DNA from: Balanoglossus misakiensis
Lineage: Eukaryota; Animalia; Hemichordata
Assembly: GCA_040954595.2 (NCBI GenBank)
Contig: CM082593.2
Location: 10,053,200 to 10,117,199, forward strand
Length of the DNA: 64,000 bases
Direction of reading: 5' to 3'
In this document: positions 22,921 to 37,900 of the stretch, one piece after another
How the letters are laid out: each line of letters begins with the position of its first letter
Numbering within the stretch: the stretch's first letter is position 1
Notes under the pieces: generated by a model
What the model was told of the DNA's origin: nothing
The model's input: only the letters and a program-made list of their open reading frames with translations
Databases searched by the model: none
Translations under genes and position numbers: made by a program

Positions 22921-25900
22921 AGTCGAAAATTTGTCATTTTTTGATGATTTTCACCCATGATTTTTTTCTTTTCAAAAATCGACAAAATTTTGAGATTTTG
23001 CAAAGTCGAAAATTTGTAATTTTTTGATGATATTCACCCGTTTTTTTTCAAAAATCGACGAAATTTTGAGATTTTGCAAAGTCGAAAATTTGTCATTTTT
23101 TGATGATTTTTACCCATGATTTTTTTTTCAAAAATCGACCAAATTTTGGGATTTCGCAAAGACGAAAATTTGTCATTTTTTGATGATTTTCACCCATGAT
23201 TTTTCTCAAAAATCGACGAAATTTAGAGATTTTGCAAAGTCGAAAATTTGTCATTTTTGATGATTTTTACCCATGTTTTTTTTCAAAAATCAACGAACCC
23301 ATGATTTTTTTAAAAAATCGACGAAATTTTGGGATTTTGCAAAGACGAAAATTTGTCATTTTTTGATGATTTTCACCCATGATTTTTCTCAAAAATCGAC
23401 GAAATTTTGAGATTTTGCACAGTCGAAAATTTGTCATTTTTTGATGATTTTCACCCATGATTTTTTTCAAAAATCGACGAAATTTGAGATTTTGCAAATT
23501 CGAAAATTTGTAATTTTTTGATGATTTTCACCCTTTTTTTTCAAAAATCAACGAACCCATGATTTTTTTTCAAAAATCGACAAAATTTTGAGATTTTGCA
23601 AAGCCGAAAATTTGTCATTTTTTGATGATTTTCACCCATGATTTTTCTCAAAAATCGACAAAATTTTGAGATTTTGCAAAGTCGAAAATTTTTCATTTTT
23701 TGATGATTTTCACCCATGATTTTTTTCAAAAATCTACGAAATTTTGAGATTTTGCAAAGTCGAAAATTTGTCATTTTTTGATGATTTTCACCCATGATTT
23801 TTTTCAAAAATCTGCGAAATTTTGAGATTTTGCAAAGTCGAAAATTTGTCATTTATTAATGATTTTCACCCATGATTTTTTTCAAAAATCGACGAAATTT
23901 GAGATTTTGCAAATACGAAAATTTGTAATTTTTTGATGATTTTCACCCTTTTTTTTCAAAAATCAACGAACCCATGATTTTTTTTTCAAAAATCGACAAA
24001 ATTTTGAGATTTTGCAAAGCCGAAAATTTGTCATTTTTTGATGATTTTCACCCATGATTTTTCTCAAAAATCTACGAAATTTTGAGATTTTGCAAAGTCG
24101 AAAATTTGTCATTTATTAATGATTTTCACCCATGATTTTTTTCAAAAATCGACGAAATTTGAGATTTTGCAAATTCGAAAATTTGTAATTTTTTGATGAT
24201 TTTCACCCTTTTTTTTCAAAAATCAACGAACCCATGATTTTTTTTTCAAAAATCGACAAAATTTTGAGATTTTGCAAAGCCGAAAATTTGTCATTTTTTG
24301 ATGATTTTCACCCATGATTTTTCTCAAAAATCTACGAAATTTTGAGATTTTGCAAAGTCGAAAATTTTTCATTTTTTGATGATTTTCACCTATGATTTTT
24401 TTCAAAAATCTACGAAATTTTGAGATTTTGCAAAGTCGAAAATTTGTCATTTTTTGATGATTTTCACCCATGATTTTTTTCAAAAATCCGCGAAATTTTG
24501 AGATTTTGCAAAGTCGAAAATTTGTCATTTATTAATGATTTTCACCCATGATTTTTTTTCAAAAATCGACAAAATTTTGAGATTTTGCAAAGTCGAAAAT
24601 TTGTAATTTTTTGATTTTTTTCACCCATGTTTTTTTTCAAAAATCAACGAACCCAAGATTTTTTTCAAAAATCGACAACATTTTGAGATTTTGCAAAGTC
24701 GAAAATTTGTAATTTTTTGATGATTTTCACCCATGATTTTTTTCAAAAATCTACGAAATTTTGAGATTTTGCAAAGTCGAAAATTTTTCATTTTTTGATG
24801 ATTTTCACCCATGATTTTTTTTCAAAAATCTGCGAAATTTTGAGATTTTGCAAAGTCGAAAATTTGTCATTTTTTGATGATTTTCACCCATGATTTTTTT
24901 TCAAAAATCTGCGAAATTTTGAGATTTTGCAAAGTCGAAAATTTGTCATTTTTTGATGATTTTCACCCATGATTTTTTTTCAAAAAATCGACGAAATTTT
25001 GAGATTTTGCAAAGTCGAAAATTTGTCATTTTTTGATTATTTTCACCCATGATTTTTTTTTCAAAAATCGACAAAATTTTGAGATTTTGCAAAGTCGAAA
25101 ATGTGTCATTTTTTGATGATTTTCACCCATGATTTTTTTCAAAAATCGACGAAATTTGAGATTTTGCAAAGTCGAACATTTGTCATTTTTTGATGATTTT
25201 TACCCATGATTTTTTTTTTCAAAAATCGACCAAATTTTGAGATTTTGCAAAGACGAAAATGTGTCATTTTTTGATGATTTTCACCCATGATTTTTTTTCA
25301 AAAATCTACGAAATTTTGAGATTTTGCAAAGTCGAAAATTTGTCATTTTTTGATGATTTTCACCCATGATTTTTCTCAAAAATCGACGAAATTTTGAGAT
25401 TTTGCAAAGTCGAAAATTTGTCATTTTTTGATGATTTTCACCCTTTTTTTCAAAAATCAACGAACCCATGATTTCTTTTCAAAAATCGACAAAATTTTGA
25501 GATTTTGCAAAGTCGAAAATTTGTCATTTTTTGATGATTTTCACCCATGATTTTTTTTCAAAAAATCGACGAAATTTTGAGATTTTGCAAAGTCGAAAAT
25601 TTGTCATTTTTTGATGATTTTCACCCATGATTTTTTTTTTCAAAAATCGACAAAATTTTGAGATTTTGCAAAGTCAAAAATGTGTCATTTTTTGATGATT
25701 TTCACCCATGATTTTTTTTCAAAAAATCGACGAAATTTTGAGATTTTGCAAAGTCGAAAATTTGTCATTTTTTGATGATTTTCACCCTTTTTTTCAAAAA
25801 TCAGCGAACCCATGATTTTTTTTCAAAAATCGACAAAATTTTGAGATTTTGCAAAGTCGAAAATTTGTCATTTTTTGATGATTTTCACCCATGTTTTTTT

Positions 25901-28900
25901 TCAAAAATCAACGAACCCATGATTTTTTTCAAAAATCGACAACATTTTGAGATTTTGCAAAGTCGAAAATTTGTCATTTTTTGATGATTTTCACCCATGA
26001 TTTTTCTCAAAAATCGACGAAATTTTGAGATTTTGCAAAGTCGAAAATTCTTCATTTTTTGATGATTTTCACCCATGATTTTTCTCAAAAATCGACGAAA
26101 TTTTGAGATTTTGCAAAGTCGAAAATTTTTCATTTTTTGATGATTTTCACCCATGATTTTTTTCAAAAATCTACGAATTTTTGAGATTTTGCAAAGTCGA
26201 AAATTTGTCATTTTTTGATGGTTTTCACCCATGATTTTTTTTCAAAAAATCGACGAAATTTTGAGATTTTGCAAAGTCGAAAATTTGTCATTTTTTGATG
26301 ATTTTCACCCATGATTTTTTTTTTCAAAAATCGACAAAATTTTGATATTTTGCAAAGTCAAAAATGTGTCATTTTTTGATGATTTTCACCCATGATTTTT
26401 TTTCAAAAAATCGACGAAATTTTGAGATTTTGCAAAGTCGAAAATTTGTCATTTTTTGATGATTTTTACCCATGATTTTTTTTTTCAAAAATCGACCAAA
26501 TTTTGAGATTTTGCAAAGACGAAAATGTGTCATTTTTTGATGATTTTCACCCATGATTTTTTTTCAAAAATCTACGAAATTTTGAGATTTTGCAAAGTCG
26601 AAAATTTGTCATTTTTTGATGATTTTCACCCATGATTTTTCTCAAAAATCGACGAAATTTTGAGATTTTGCAAAGTCGAAAATTTGTCATTTTTTGATGA
26701 TTTTCACCCATGATTTCTTTTTTCAAAAACCGACAAAATTTTGAGATTTTGCAAAGTCGAAAATTTGTCATTTTTTGATTATTTTCACCCATGATTTTTT
26801 TGAAAAATCGACAAAATTTTTAGATTATGCAAAGTCGAAAATTTGTCATTTTTTGATTATTTTCACCATGATTTTTTTTTTAAAAATCGACGAAATTTTG
26901 AGATTTTGCAAAGTCGAAAATTTTGTCATTTTTTGATGATTTTCACCCATGATTTTTTTCAAAAATCGACGAAATTTGAGATTTTGCAAAGTCGAAAATT
27001 TGTCATTTTTTGATGATTTTCACCCATGATTTTTTTCAAAAATCGACGAAATTTTGAGATTTTGCAAAGTCGAAAATTTGTCATTTTTTGATGATTTTTA
27101 CCCATGATTTTTTTTTTCAAAAATCGACCAAATTTTGAGATTTTGCAAAGACGAAAATGTGTCATTTTTTGATGATTTTCACCCATGATTTTTTTTCAAA
27201 AATCTACGAAATTTTGAGATTTTGCAAAGTCGAAAATTTGTCATTTTTTGATGATTTTCACCCATGATTTCTTTTTTCAAAAACCGACAAAATTTTGAGA
27301 TTTTGCAAAGTCGAAAATTTGTCATTTTTTGATTATTTTCACCCATGATTTTTTTGAAAAATCGACAAAATTTTTAGATTATGTGAAGTCGAAAATTTGT
27401 CATTTTTTGATTATTTTCACCTTGATTTTTTTTTTAAAAATCGACGAAATTTTGAGATTTTGCAAAGTCGAAAATTTGTCATTTTTTGATGATTTTCACC
27501 CATGATTTTTTTCAAAAATCGACGAAATTTGAGATTTTGCAAAGTCGAAAATTTGTCATTTTTTGATGATTTTCACCCATGATTTTTTTCAAAAATCGAC
27601 GAAATTTTGAGATTTTGCAAAGTCGAAAATTTGTCATTTTTTGATGATTTTTACCCATGATTTTTTTTTTCAAAAATCGACCAAATTTTGAGATTTTGCA
27701 AAGACGAAAATGTGTCATTTTTGATGATTTTCACCCATGATTTTTTTCAAAAATCTACGAAATTTTGAGATTTTGCAAAGTCGAAAATTTGTCATTTTTT
27801 GATGATTTTTACCCATGATTTTTCTCAAAAATCGACGAAATTTTGAGATTTTGCAAAGTCGAAAATTTGTCATTTTTTGATGATTTTCACCCATGATTTC
27901 TTTTTTCAAAAACCGACAAAATTTTGAGATTTTGCAAAGTCGAAAATTTGTCATTTTTTGATTATTTTCACCCATGATTTTTTTCAAAAATCGACAAAAT
28001 TTTTAGATTATGCAAAGTCGAAAATTTGTCATTTTTTGATGATTTTCACCATGATTTTTTTTTAAAAATCGACGAAATTTTGAGATTTTGCAAAGTCGAA
28101 AATTTGTCATTTTTTGATGATTTTCACCCATGATTTTTTTCAAAAATCGACGAAATTTGAGATTTTGCAAAGTCGAAAATTTGTCATTTTTTGATGATTT
28201 TCACCCATGTTTTTTTTCAAAAATCAACGAACCCATGATTTTTTTTCAAAAATCGACAAAATTTTGAGATTTTGCAAAGTCGAAAATTTGTCATTTTTTG
28301 ATGATTTTCACCCATGTTTTTTTTTTCAAAAATCGACGAAATTTTGAGATTTTGCAAAGTCGAAAATTTGTAATTTTTTGATGATTTTCACCCATGTTTT
28401 TTTTCAAAAATCAACGAACCCATGATTTTTTTTCAAAAATCGACAAAATTTTGAGATTTTGCAAAGTCGAAAATTTGTCATTTTTTGATGATTTTCACCC
28501 ATGATTTTTCTCAAAAATCGACGAAATTTTTGAGATTTTGCAAAGTCGACAATTTGTCATTTTTTGATGATTTTCACCCATGTTTTTTTTTTCAAAAATC
28601 GACGAAATTTTGAGATTTTGCAAATTCGAAAATTTGTAATTTTTTGATGATTTTCACCCATGTTTTTTTTCAAAAATCAACGAACCCATGATTTTTTTTC
28701 AAAAATCGACAAAATTTTGAGATTTTGCAAAGTCGAAAATTTGTCATTTTTTGATGATTTTCACCCATGTTTTTTCTCAAAAATCGACGAAATTTTTGAG
28801 ATTTTGCAAAGTCGAAAATTTGTCATTTTTTGATGATTTTCAGCCATGATTTTTTTTCAAAAATCGACGAAATTTTGAGATTTTGCAAAGTCGAAAATTT

Positions 28901-31900
28901 GTCATTTATTAATGATTTTCACCCATGATTTTTTTTCAAAAATCGACAATATTTTGAGATTTTGCAAAGTCGAAAATTTGTCATTTTTTGATGATTTTCA
29001 CCCATGATTTTTTTCAAAAATCGACGAAATTTTTGAGATTTTGCAAAGTCGACAATTTGTCATTTTTTGATGATTTTCACCCATGTTTTTTTTTTCAAAA
29101 ATCGACGAAATTTTGAGATTTTGCAAATTCGAAAATTTGTAATTTTTTGATGATTTTCACCCATGTTTTTTTTCAAAAATCAACGAACCCATGATTTTTT
29201 TTCAAAAATCGACAAAATTTTGAGATTTTGCAAAGTCGAAAATTTGTCATTTTTTGATGATTTTCACCCATGTTTTTTCTCAAAAATCGACGAAATTTTT
29301 GAGATTTTGCAAAGTCGAAAATTTGTCATTTTTTGATGATTTTCACCCATGATTTTTTTTCAAAAATCGACGAAATTTTGAGATTTTGCAAAGTCGAAAA
29401 TTTTTAATTTTTTGATGATTTTCACCCATGTTTTTTTTTCAAAAATGAACGAACCCATGATTTTTTTCAAAAATCGACGAAATTTAGAGATTTTGCAAAG
29501 TCGAAATTTGTCATTTATTAATGATTTTCACCCATGATTTTTTTTCAAAAATCGACAAAATTTTGAGATTTTGCAAAGTCGAAAATTTGTAATTTTTTGA
29601 TGATTTTCACCCATGTTTTTTTTTTCAAAAATCGACGAAATTTTGAGATTTTGCAAATTCGAAAATTTGTAATTTTTTGATGATTTTCACCCATGTTTTT
29701 TTTCAAAAATCAACGAACCCATGATTTTTTTTCAAAAATCGACAAAATTTTGAGATTTTGCAAAGTCGAAAATTTGTCATTTTTTGATGATTTTCACCCA
29801 TGATTTTTCTCAAAAATCGACGAAATTTTTGAGATTTTGCAAAGTCGAAAATTTGTCATTTTTTGATGATTTTCACCCATGATTTTTTTCAAAAATCGAC
29901 GAAATTTTGAGATTTTGCAAAGTCGAAAATTTGTCATTTTTTGATGATTTTCACCCATGATTTTTTTTCAAAAATCGACAAAATTTTGAGATTTTGCAAA
30001 GTCGAAAATTTGTAATTTTTTGATGATTTTCACCCATGTTTTTTTTTCAAAATTGAACGAACCCATGATTTTTTTCAAAAATCGACGAAATTTTGAGATT
30101 TTGCAAAGACGAAAATTTGTAATTTTTTGATGATTTTCACCCATGACTTTTTTCAAAAATTTACGAAATTTTTAGATTTTGCAAAGTCGAAAATTTGTCA
30201 TTTTTTGATGATTTTCACCCATGTTTTTTTTTTCAAAAATCGACGAAATTTTGAGATTTTGCAAATTCGAAAATTTGTAATTTTTTGCTGATTTTCACCC
30301 ATGTTTTTTTTCAAAAATCAACGAACCCATGATTTTTTTTCAAAAATCGACAAAATTTTGAGATTTTGCAAAGTCGAAAATTTGTCATTTTTTGATGATT
30401 TTCACCCATGTTTTTTCTCAAAAATCGACGAAATTTTTGAGATTTTGCAAAGTCGAAAATTTGTCATTTTTTGATGATTTTCACCCATGATTTTTTTTCA
30501 AAAATCGACGAAATTTTGAGATTTTGCAAAGTCGAAAATTTGTCATTTATTAATGATTTTCACCCATGATTTTTTTTCAAAAATCGACAAAATTTTGAGA
30601 TTTTGCAAAGTCGAAAATTTGTCATTTTTTGATGATTTTCACCCATGATTTTTTTTCAAAAATCGACGAAATTTTGAGATTTTGCAAAGTCGAAAATTTG
30701 TCATTTATTAATGATTTTCACCCATGATTTTTTTTCAAAAATCGACAAAATTTTGAGATTTTGCAAAGTCGAAAATTTTTAATTTTTTGATGATTTTCAC
30801 CCATGTTTTTTTTTCAAAATTGAACGAACCCATGATTTTTTTCAAAAATCGACGAAATTTTGAGATTTTGCAAAGTCGAAAATTTGTCATTTTTTGATGA
30901 TTTTCACCCATGTTTTTTTTTTCAAAAATCGACGAAATTTTGAGATTTTGCAAATTCGAAAATTTGTAATTTTTTGATGATTTTCACCCATGTTTTTTTT
31001 CAAAATTGAACGAACCCATGATTTTTTTCAAAAATCGACGAAATTTTGAGATTTTGCAAAGACGAAAATTTGTCATTTTTTGATGATTTTCACCCATGAC
31101 TTTTTTCAAAAATTTACGAAATTTTGAGATTTTGCAAAGTCGAAAATTTGTCATTTTTTGATGATTTTCACCCATGTTTTTTTTTTCAAAAATCGACGAA
31201 ATTTTGAGATTTTGCAAATTCGAAAATTTGTAATTTTTTGCTGATTTTCACCCATGTTTTTTTTCAAAAATCAACGAACCCATGATTTTTTTTCAAAAAT
31301 CGACAAAATTTTGAGATTTTGCAAAGTCGAAAATTTGTCATTTTTTGATGATTTTCACCCATGTTTTTTCTCAAAAATCGACGAAATTTTTGAGATTTTG
31401 CAAAGTCGAAAATTTGTCATTTTTTGATGATTTTCACCCATGATTTTTTTTCAAAAATCGACGAAATTTTGAGATTTTGCAAAGTCGAAAATTTGTCATT
31501 TATTAATGATTTTCACCCATGATTTTTTTTCAAAAATCGACAAAATTTTGAGATTTTGCAAAGTCGAAAATTTGTCATTTTTTGATGATTTTCACCCATG
31601 ATTTTTTTTCAAAAATCGACGAAATTTTGAGATTTTGCAAAGTCGAAAATTTGTCATTTATTAATGATTTTCACCCATGATTTTTTTTCAAAAATCGACA
31701 AAATTTTGAGATTTTGCAAAGTCGAAAATTTTTAATTTTTTGATGATTTTCACCCATGTTTTTTTTTCAAAATTGAACGAACCCATGATTTTTTTCAAAA
31801 ATCGACGAAATTTTGAGATTTTGCAAAGTCGAAAATTTGTCATTTTTTGATGATTTTCACCCATGTTTTTTTTTTCAAAAATCGACGAAATTTTGAGATT

Positions 31901-34900
31901 TTGCAAATTCGAAAATTTGTAATTTTTTGATGATTTTCACCCATGTTTTTTTTCAAAATTGAACGAACCCATGATTTTTTTCAAAAATCGACGAAATTTT
32001 GAGATTTTGCAAAGTCGAAAATTTGTCATTTTTTGATGATTTTCACCCATGATTTTTTTCAAAAATCGACGAAATTTTGAGATTTTGCAAAGTCGAAAAT
32101 TTGTCATTTTTTGATTATTTTCACCCATGATTTTTTTCAAAAGTCGACGAAATTTTGAGATTTTGCAAAGACAAAAATTTGTCATTTTTTGATGATTTTC
32201 ACCCGTGATTTTTTTCAAAAATCCTCAAAATTTTGAGATTTTGCAAAGTCGAAAATTTGACATTTTTTGATGATTTTCACCCATGTTTTTTTTCAAAAAT
32301 CAACGAACACATAATTTTTTTTCAAAAATCGACGACATTTTGAGATTTTGCAAAGTCGAAAATTTGTCATTTCTTAATGATTTTCACCCATGTTTTTTTT
32401 TCAAAAATCGACAAAATTTTGAGATTTTGCAAAGTCGAAAATTTGTCATTTTTTGATGATTTTCACCCATGATTTTTCTCAAAAATCGACGAAATTTTTG
32501 AGATTTTGCAAAGTCGAAAATTTGTCATTTTTTGATGATTTTCACCCATGATTTTTTTCAAAAATCGACGAAATTTTGAGATTTTGCAAAGTCGAAAATT
32601 TGTCATTTTTTGATGATTTTCACCCATGATTTTTTTCAAAAATCGACGAAATTTTGAGATTTTGCAAAGTCGAAAATTTGTCATTTTTTGATGATTTTCA
32701 CCCATGATTTCTTTTTTCAAAAACCGACAAAATTTTGAGATTTTGCAAAGTCGAAAATTTGTCATTTTTTGATTATTTTCACCCATGATTTTTTTCAAAA
32801 GTCGACGAAATTTTGAGATTTTGCAAAGACAAAAATTTGTCATTTTTTGATGATTTTCACCCGTGATTTTTTTCAAAAATCGACAAAATTTTGAGATTTT
32901 GCAAAGTCGAAAATTTGACATTTTTTGATGATTTTCACCCATGTTTTTTTTCAAAAATCAACGAACACATAATTTTTTTTCAAAAATCGACGACATTTTG
33001 AGATTTTGCAAAGTCGAAAATTTGTCATTTCTTAATGATTTTCACCCATGTTTTTTTTTCAAAAATCGACAAAATTTTGAGATTTTGCAAAGTCGAAAAT
33101 GTGTCATTTTTTGATGATTTTCACCCATGATTTTTCTCAAAAATCGACGAAATTTTTGAGATTTTGCAAAGTCGAAAATTTGTCATTTTTTGATGATTTT
33201 CACCCATGATTTTTTTCAAAAATCGACGAAATTTTGAGATTTTGCAAAGTCGAAAATTTGTCATTTTTTGATGATTTTCACCCATGATTTTTTTCAAAAA
33301 TCGACAAAATTTTTAGATTTTGCAAAGTCAAAAATTTGTCATTTTTTGATGATTTTTACCCATGATTTTTTTTGTTCAAAAATCGACGAAATTTTGAGAT
33401 TTTGCAAAGACGAAAATTTGTAATTTTTTGATGATTTTCACCCATGACTTTTTTCAAAAATTTACGAAATTTTGAGATTTTGCAAAGTCGAAAATTTGTC
33501 ATTTTTTGATGATTTTCACCCATGTTTTTTTTTTCAAAAATCGACGAAATTTTGAGATTTTGCAAAGACGAAAATTTGTAATTTTTTGATGATTTTCACC
33601 CATGACTTTTTTCAAAAATTTACGAAATTTTGAGATTTTGCAAAGTCGAAAATTTGTCATTTTTTGATGATTTTCACCCATGTTTTTTTTTTCAAAAATC
33701 GACGAAATTTTGAGATTTTGCAAATTCGAAAATTTGTAATTTTTTGCTGATTTTCACCCATGTTTTTTTTCAAAAATCAACGAACCCATGATTTTTTTTC
33801 AAAAATCGACAAAATTTTGAGATTTTGCAAAGTCGAAAATTTGTCATTTTTTGATGATTTTCACCCATGTTTTTTCTCAAAAATCGACGAAATTTTTGAG
33901 ATTTTGCAAAGTCGAAAATTTGTCATTTTTTGATGATTTTCACCCATGATTTTTTTTCAAAAATCGACAAAATTTTGAGATTTTGCAAAGTCGAAAATTT
34001 GTCATTTTTTGATGATTTTCACCCATGATTTTTTTTCAAAAATCGACGAAATTTTGAGATTTTGCAAAGTCGAAAATTTGTCATTTATTAATGATTTTCA
34101 CCCATGATTTTTTTTCAAAAATCGACAAAATTTTGAGATTTTGCAAAGTCGAAAATTTTTAATTTTTTGATGATTTTCACCCATGTTTTTTTTTCAAAAT
34201 TGAACGAACCCATGATTTTTTTCAAAAATCGACGAAATTTTGAGATTTTGCAAAGTCGAAAATTTGTCATTTTTTGATGATTTTCACCCATGTTTTTTTT
34301 TTCAAAAATCGACGAAATTTTGAGATTTTGCAAATTCGAAAATTTGTAATTTTTTGATGATTTTCACCCATGTTTTTTTTCAAAATTGAACGAACCCATG
34401 ATTTTTTTCAAAAATCGACGAAATTTTGAGATTTTGCAAAGTCGAAAATTTGTCATTTTTTGATGATTTTCACCCATGATTTTTTTCAAAAATCGACGAA
34501 ATTTTGAGATTTTGCAAAGTCGAAAATTTGTCATTTTTTGATGATTTTCACCCATGATTTCTTTTTTCAAAAACCGACAAAATTTTGAGATTTTGCAAAG
34601 TCGAAAATTTGTCATTTTTTGATTATTTTCACCCATGATTTTTTTCAAAAGTCGACGAAATTTTGAGATTTTGCAAAGACAAAAATTTGTCATTTTTTGA
34701 TGATTTTCACCCGTGATTTTTTTCAAAAATCGACAAAATTTTGAGATTTTGCAAAGTCGAAAATTTGACATTTTTTGATGATTTTCACCCATGATTTTTC
34801 TCAAAAATCGACGAAATTTTTGAGATTTTGCAAAGTCGAAAATTTGTCATTTTTTGATGATTTTCACCCATGATTTTTTTCAAAAATCGACGAAATTTTG

Positions 34901-37900
34901 AGATTTTGCAAAGTCGAAAATTTGTCATTTTTTGATGATTTTCACCCATGATTTTTTTCAAAAATCGACAAAATTTTTAGATTTTGCAAAGTCAAAAATT
35001 TGTCATTTTTTGATGATTTTTACCCATGATTTTTTTTGTTCAAAAATCGACGAAATTTTGAGATTTTGCAAAGACGAAAATTTGTAATTTTTTGATGATT
35101 TTCACCCATGACTTTTTTCAAAAATTTACGAAATTTTGAGATTTTGCAAAGTCGAAAATTTGTCATTTTTTGATGATTTTCACCCATGTTTTTTTTTTCA
35201 AAAATCGACGAAATTTTGAGATTTTGCAAAGACGAAAATTTGTAATTTTTTGATGATTTTCACCCATGACTTTTTTCAAAAATTTACGAAATTTTGAGAT
35301 TTTGCAAAGTCGAAAATTTGTCATTTTTTGATGATTTTCACCCATGTTTTTTTTTTCAAAAATCGACGAAATTTTGAGATTTTGCAAATTCGAAAATTTG
35401 TAATTTTTTGCTGATTTTCACCCATGTTTTTTTTCAAAAATCAACGAACCCATGATTTTTTTTCAAAAATCGACAAAATTTTGAGATTTTGCAAAGTCGA
35501 AAATTTGTCATTTTTAGATGATTTTCACCCATGTTTTTTCTCAAAAATCGACGAAATTTTTGAGATTTTGCAAAGTCGAAAATTTGTCATTTTTTGATGA
35601 TTTTCACCCATGTTTTTTTTTCAAAAATCGACGAAATTTTGAGATTTTGCAAAGTCGAAAATTTGTCATTTATTAATGATTTTCACCCATGATTTTTTTT
35701 CAAAAATCGACAAAATTTTGAGATTTTGCAAAGTCGAAAATTTGTCATTTTTTGATGATTTTCACCCATGATTTTTTTTCAAAAATCGACGAAATTTTGA
35801 GATTTTGCAAAGTCGAAAATTTGTCATTTATTAATGATTTTCACCCATGATTTTTTTTCAAAAATCGACAAAATTTTGAGATTTTGCAAAGTCGAAAATT
35901 TGTAATTTTTTGATGATTTTCACTCATGTTTTTTTTCAAAAATCAACGAACCCATGATTTTTTTTCAAAAATTGACAAAATTTTGAGATTTTGCAAAGTC
36001 GAAAATTTGTCATTTTTTGATGATTTTCACCCATGTTTTTTCTCAAAAATCGACGAAATTTTTGAGATTTTGCAAAGTCGAAAATTTGTCATTTTTTGAT
36101 GATTTTCACCCATGATTTTTTTTCAAAAATCGACGAAATTTTGAGATTTTGCAAAGTCGAAAATTTGTCATTTTTTGATGATTTTCACCCATGATTTTTT
36201 TCAAAAATCGACGAAATTTTGAGATTTTGCAAAGTCGAAAATTTGTCTTTTTTTGATGATTTTCACCCATGATTTTTTTCAAAAATCGACAAAATTTTTA
36301 GATTTTGCAAAGTAAAAAATTTGTAATTTTTTGATGATTTTTACCCATGATTTTTTTTGTTGAAAAATCGACGAAATTTTGAGATTTTGCAAAGACGAAA
36401 ATTTGTAATTTTTTGATGATTTTCACCCATGACTTTTTTCAAAAATTTACGAAATTTTGAGATTTTGCAAAGTCGAAAATTTGTCATTTTTTGATGATTT
36501 TCACCCATGTTTTTTTTTTCAAAAATCGACGAAATTTTGAGATTTTGCAAATTCGAAAATTTGTAATTTTTTGATGATTTTCACCCATGTTTTTTTTCAA
36601 AAATCAACGAACCCATGATTTTTTTTCAAAAAAGGACAAAATTTTGAGATTTTGCAAAGTCGAAAATTTGTCATTTTTTGATGATTTTCACCCATGATTT
36701 TTCTCAAAAATCGACGAAATTTTGAGATTTTGGAAAGTCGAAAATTTGTCATTTTTTGATGATTTTCACCCATGATTTTTTTTCAAAAATCGACGAAATT
36801 TTGAGATTTTGCAAAGTCGAAAATTTGTCATTTATTAATGATTTTCACCCATGATTATTTTTCAAAAATCGACAAAATATTGAGATTTTGCAAAGTCGAA
36901 AATTTGTAATTTTTTGATGATTTTCACCCATGTTTTTTTTCAAAATTGAACGAACCCGTGATTTTTTTCAAAAATCGACGAAATTTTGAGATTTTGCAAA
37001 GTCGAAAATTTGTGATTTTTTGATGATTTTCACCCATGATTTTTTTCAAAAATCGACAAAATTTTTAGATTTTGCAAAGTCGAAAATTTGTCATTTTTTG
37101 ATTATTTTCACCCATGATTTTTTTCAAAAATCGACAAAATTTTTAGATTTTGCAAAGTCGAAAATTTGTCATTTTTTGATGATTTTCACCATGATTTTTT
37201 TTTTAAAAATCGACGAAATTTTGAGATTTTGCAAAGACGAAAATTTGTCATTTTTTGATGATTTTCACCCATGATTTTTTTTCAAAAATGTACGAAATTT
37301 TGAGATTTTGCAAAGTCGAAAATTTGTCATTTTTTGATGATTTTCACCCATGTTTTTTTTTCAAAAATCGACAAAATTTTGAGATTTTGCAAAGTCGAAA
37401 ATTTGTAATTTTTTGATGATTTTCACCAATGTTTTTTTTTAAAAATCAACGAACCCATGATTTTTTTCAAAAATTGACAACATTTTGAGATTTTGCAAAG
37501 TCGAAAATTTGTCATTTTTTGATGATTTTCACCCATGATTTTTTTCAAAAATCGACGAAATTTTGAGATTTTGCAAAGTCGAAAATTTGTCATTTTTTGA
37601 TGATTTTCACCCATGATTTTTTTTTCAAAAATCGACAAAATTTTTAGATTTTGCAAAGTCGAAAATTTGTCATTTTTTGATGATTTTCACCATGATTTTT
37701 TTTTAAAAAATCGACGAAATTTTGAGATTTTGCAAAGTCGAAAATTTGTCATTTTTTGATGATTTTCACCCATGATTTTTTTCAAAAATCGACGAAATTT
37801 GAGATTTTGCAAAGTCGAAAATTTGTCATTTTTTGATGATTTTCACCCATGATTTTTTTCAAAAATCGACGAAATTTTGAGATTTTGCAAAGTCGAAAAT

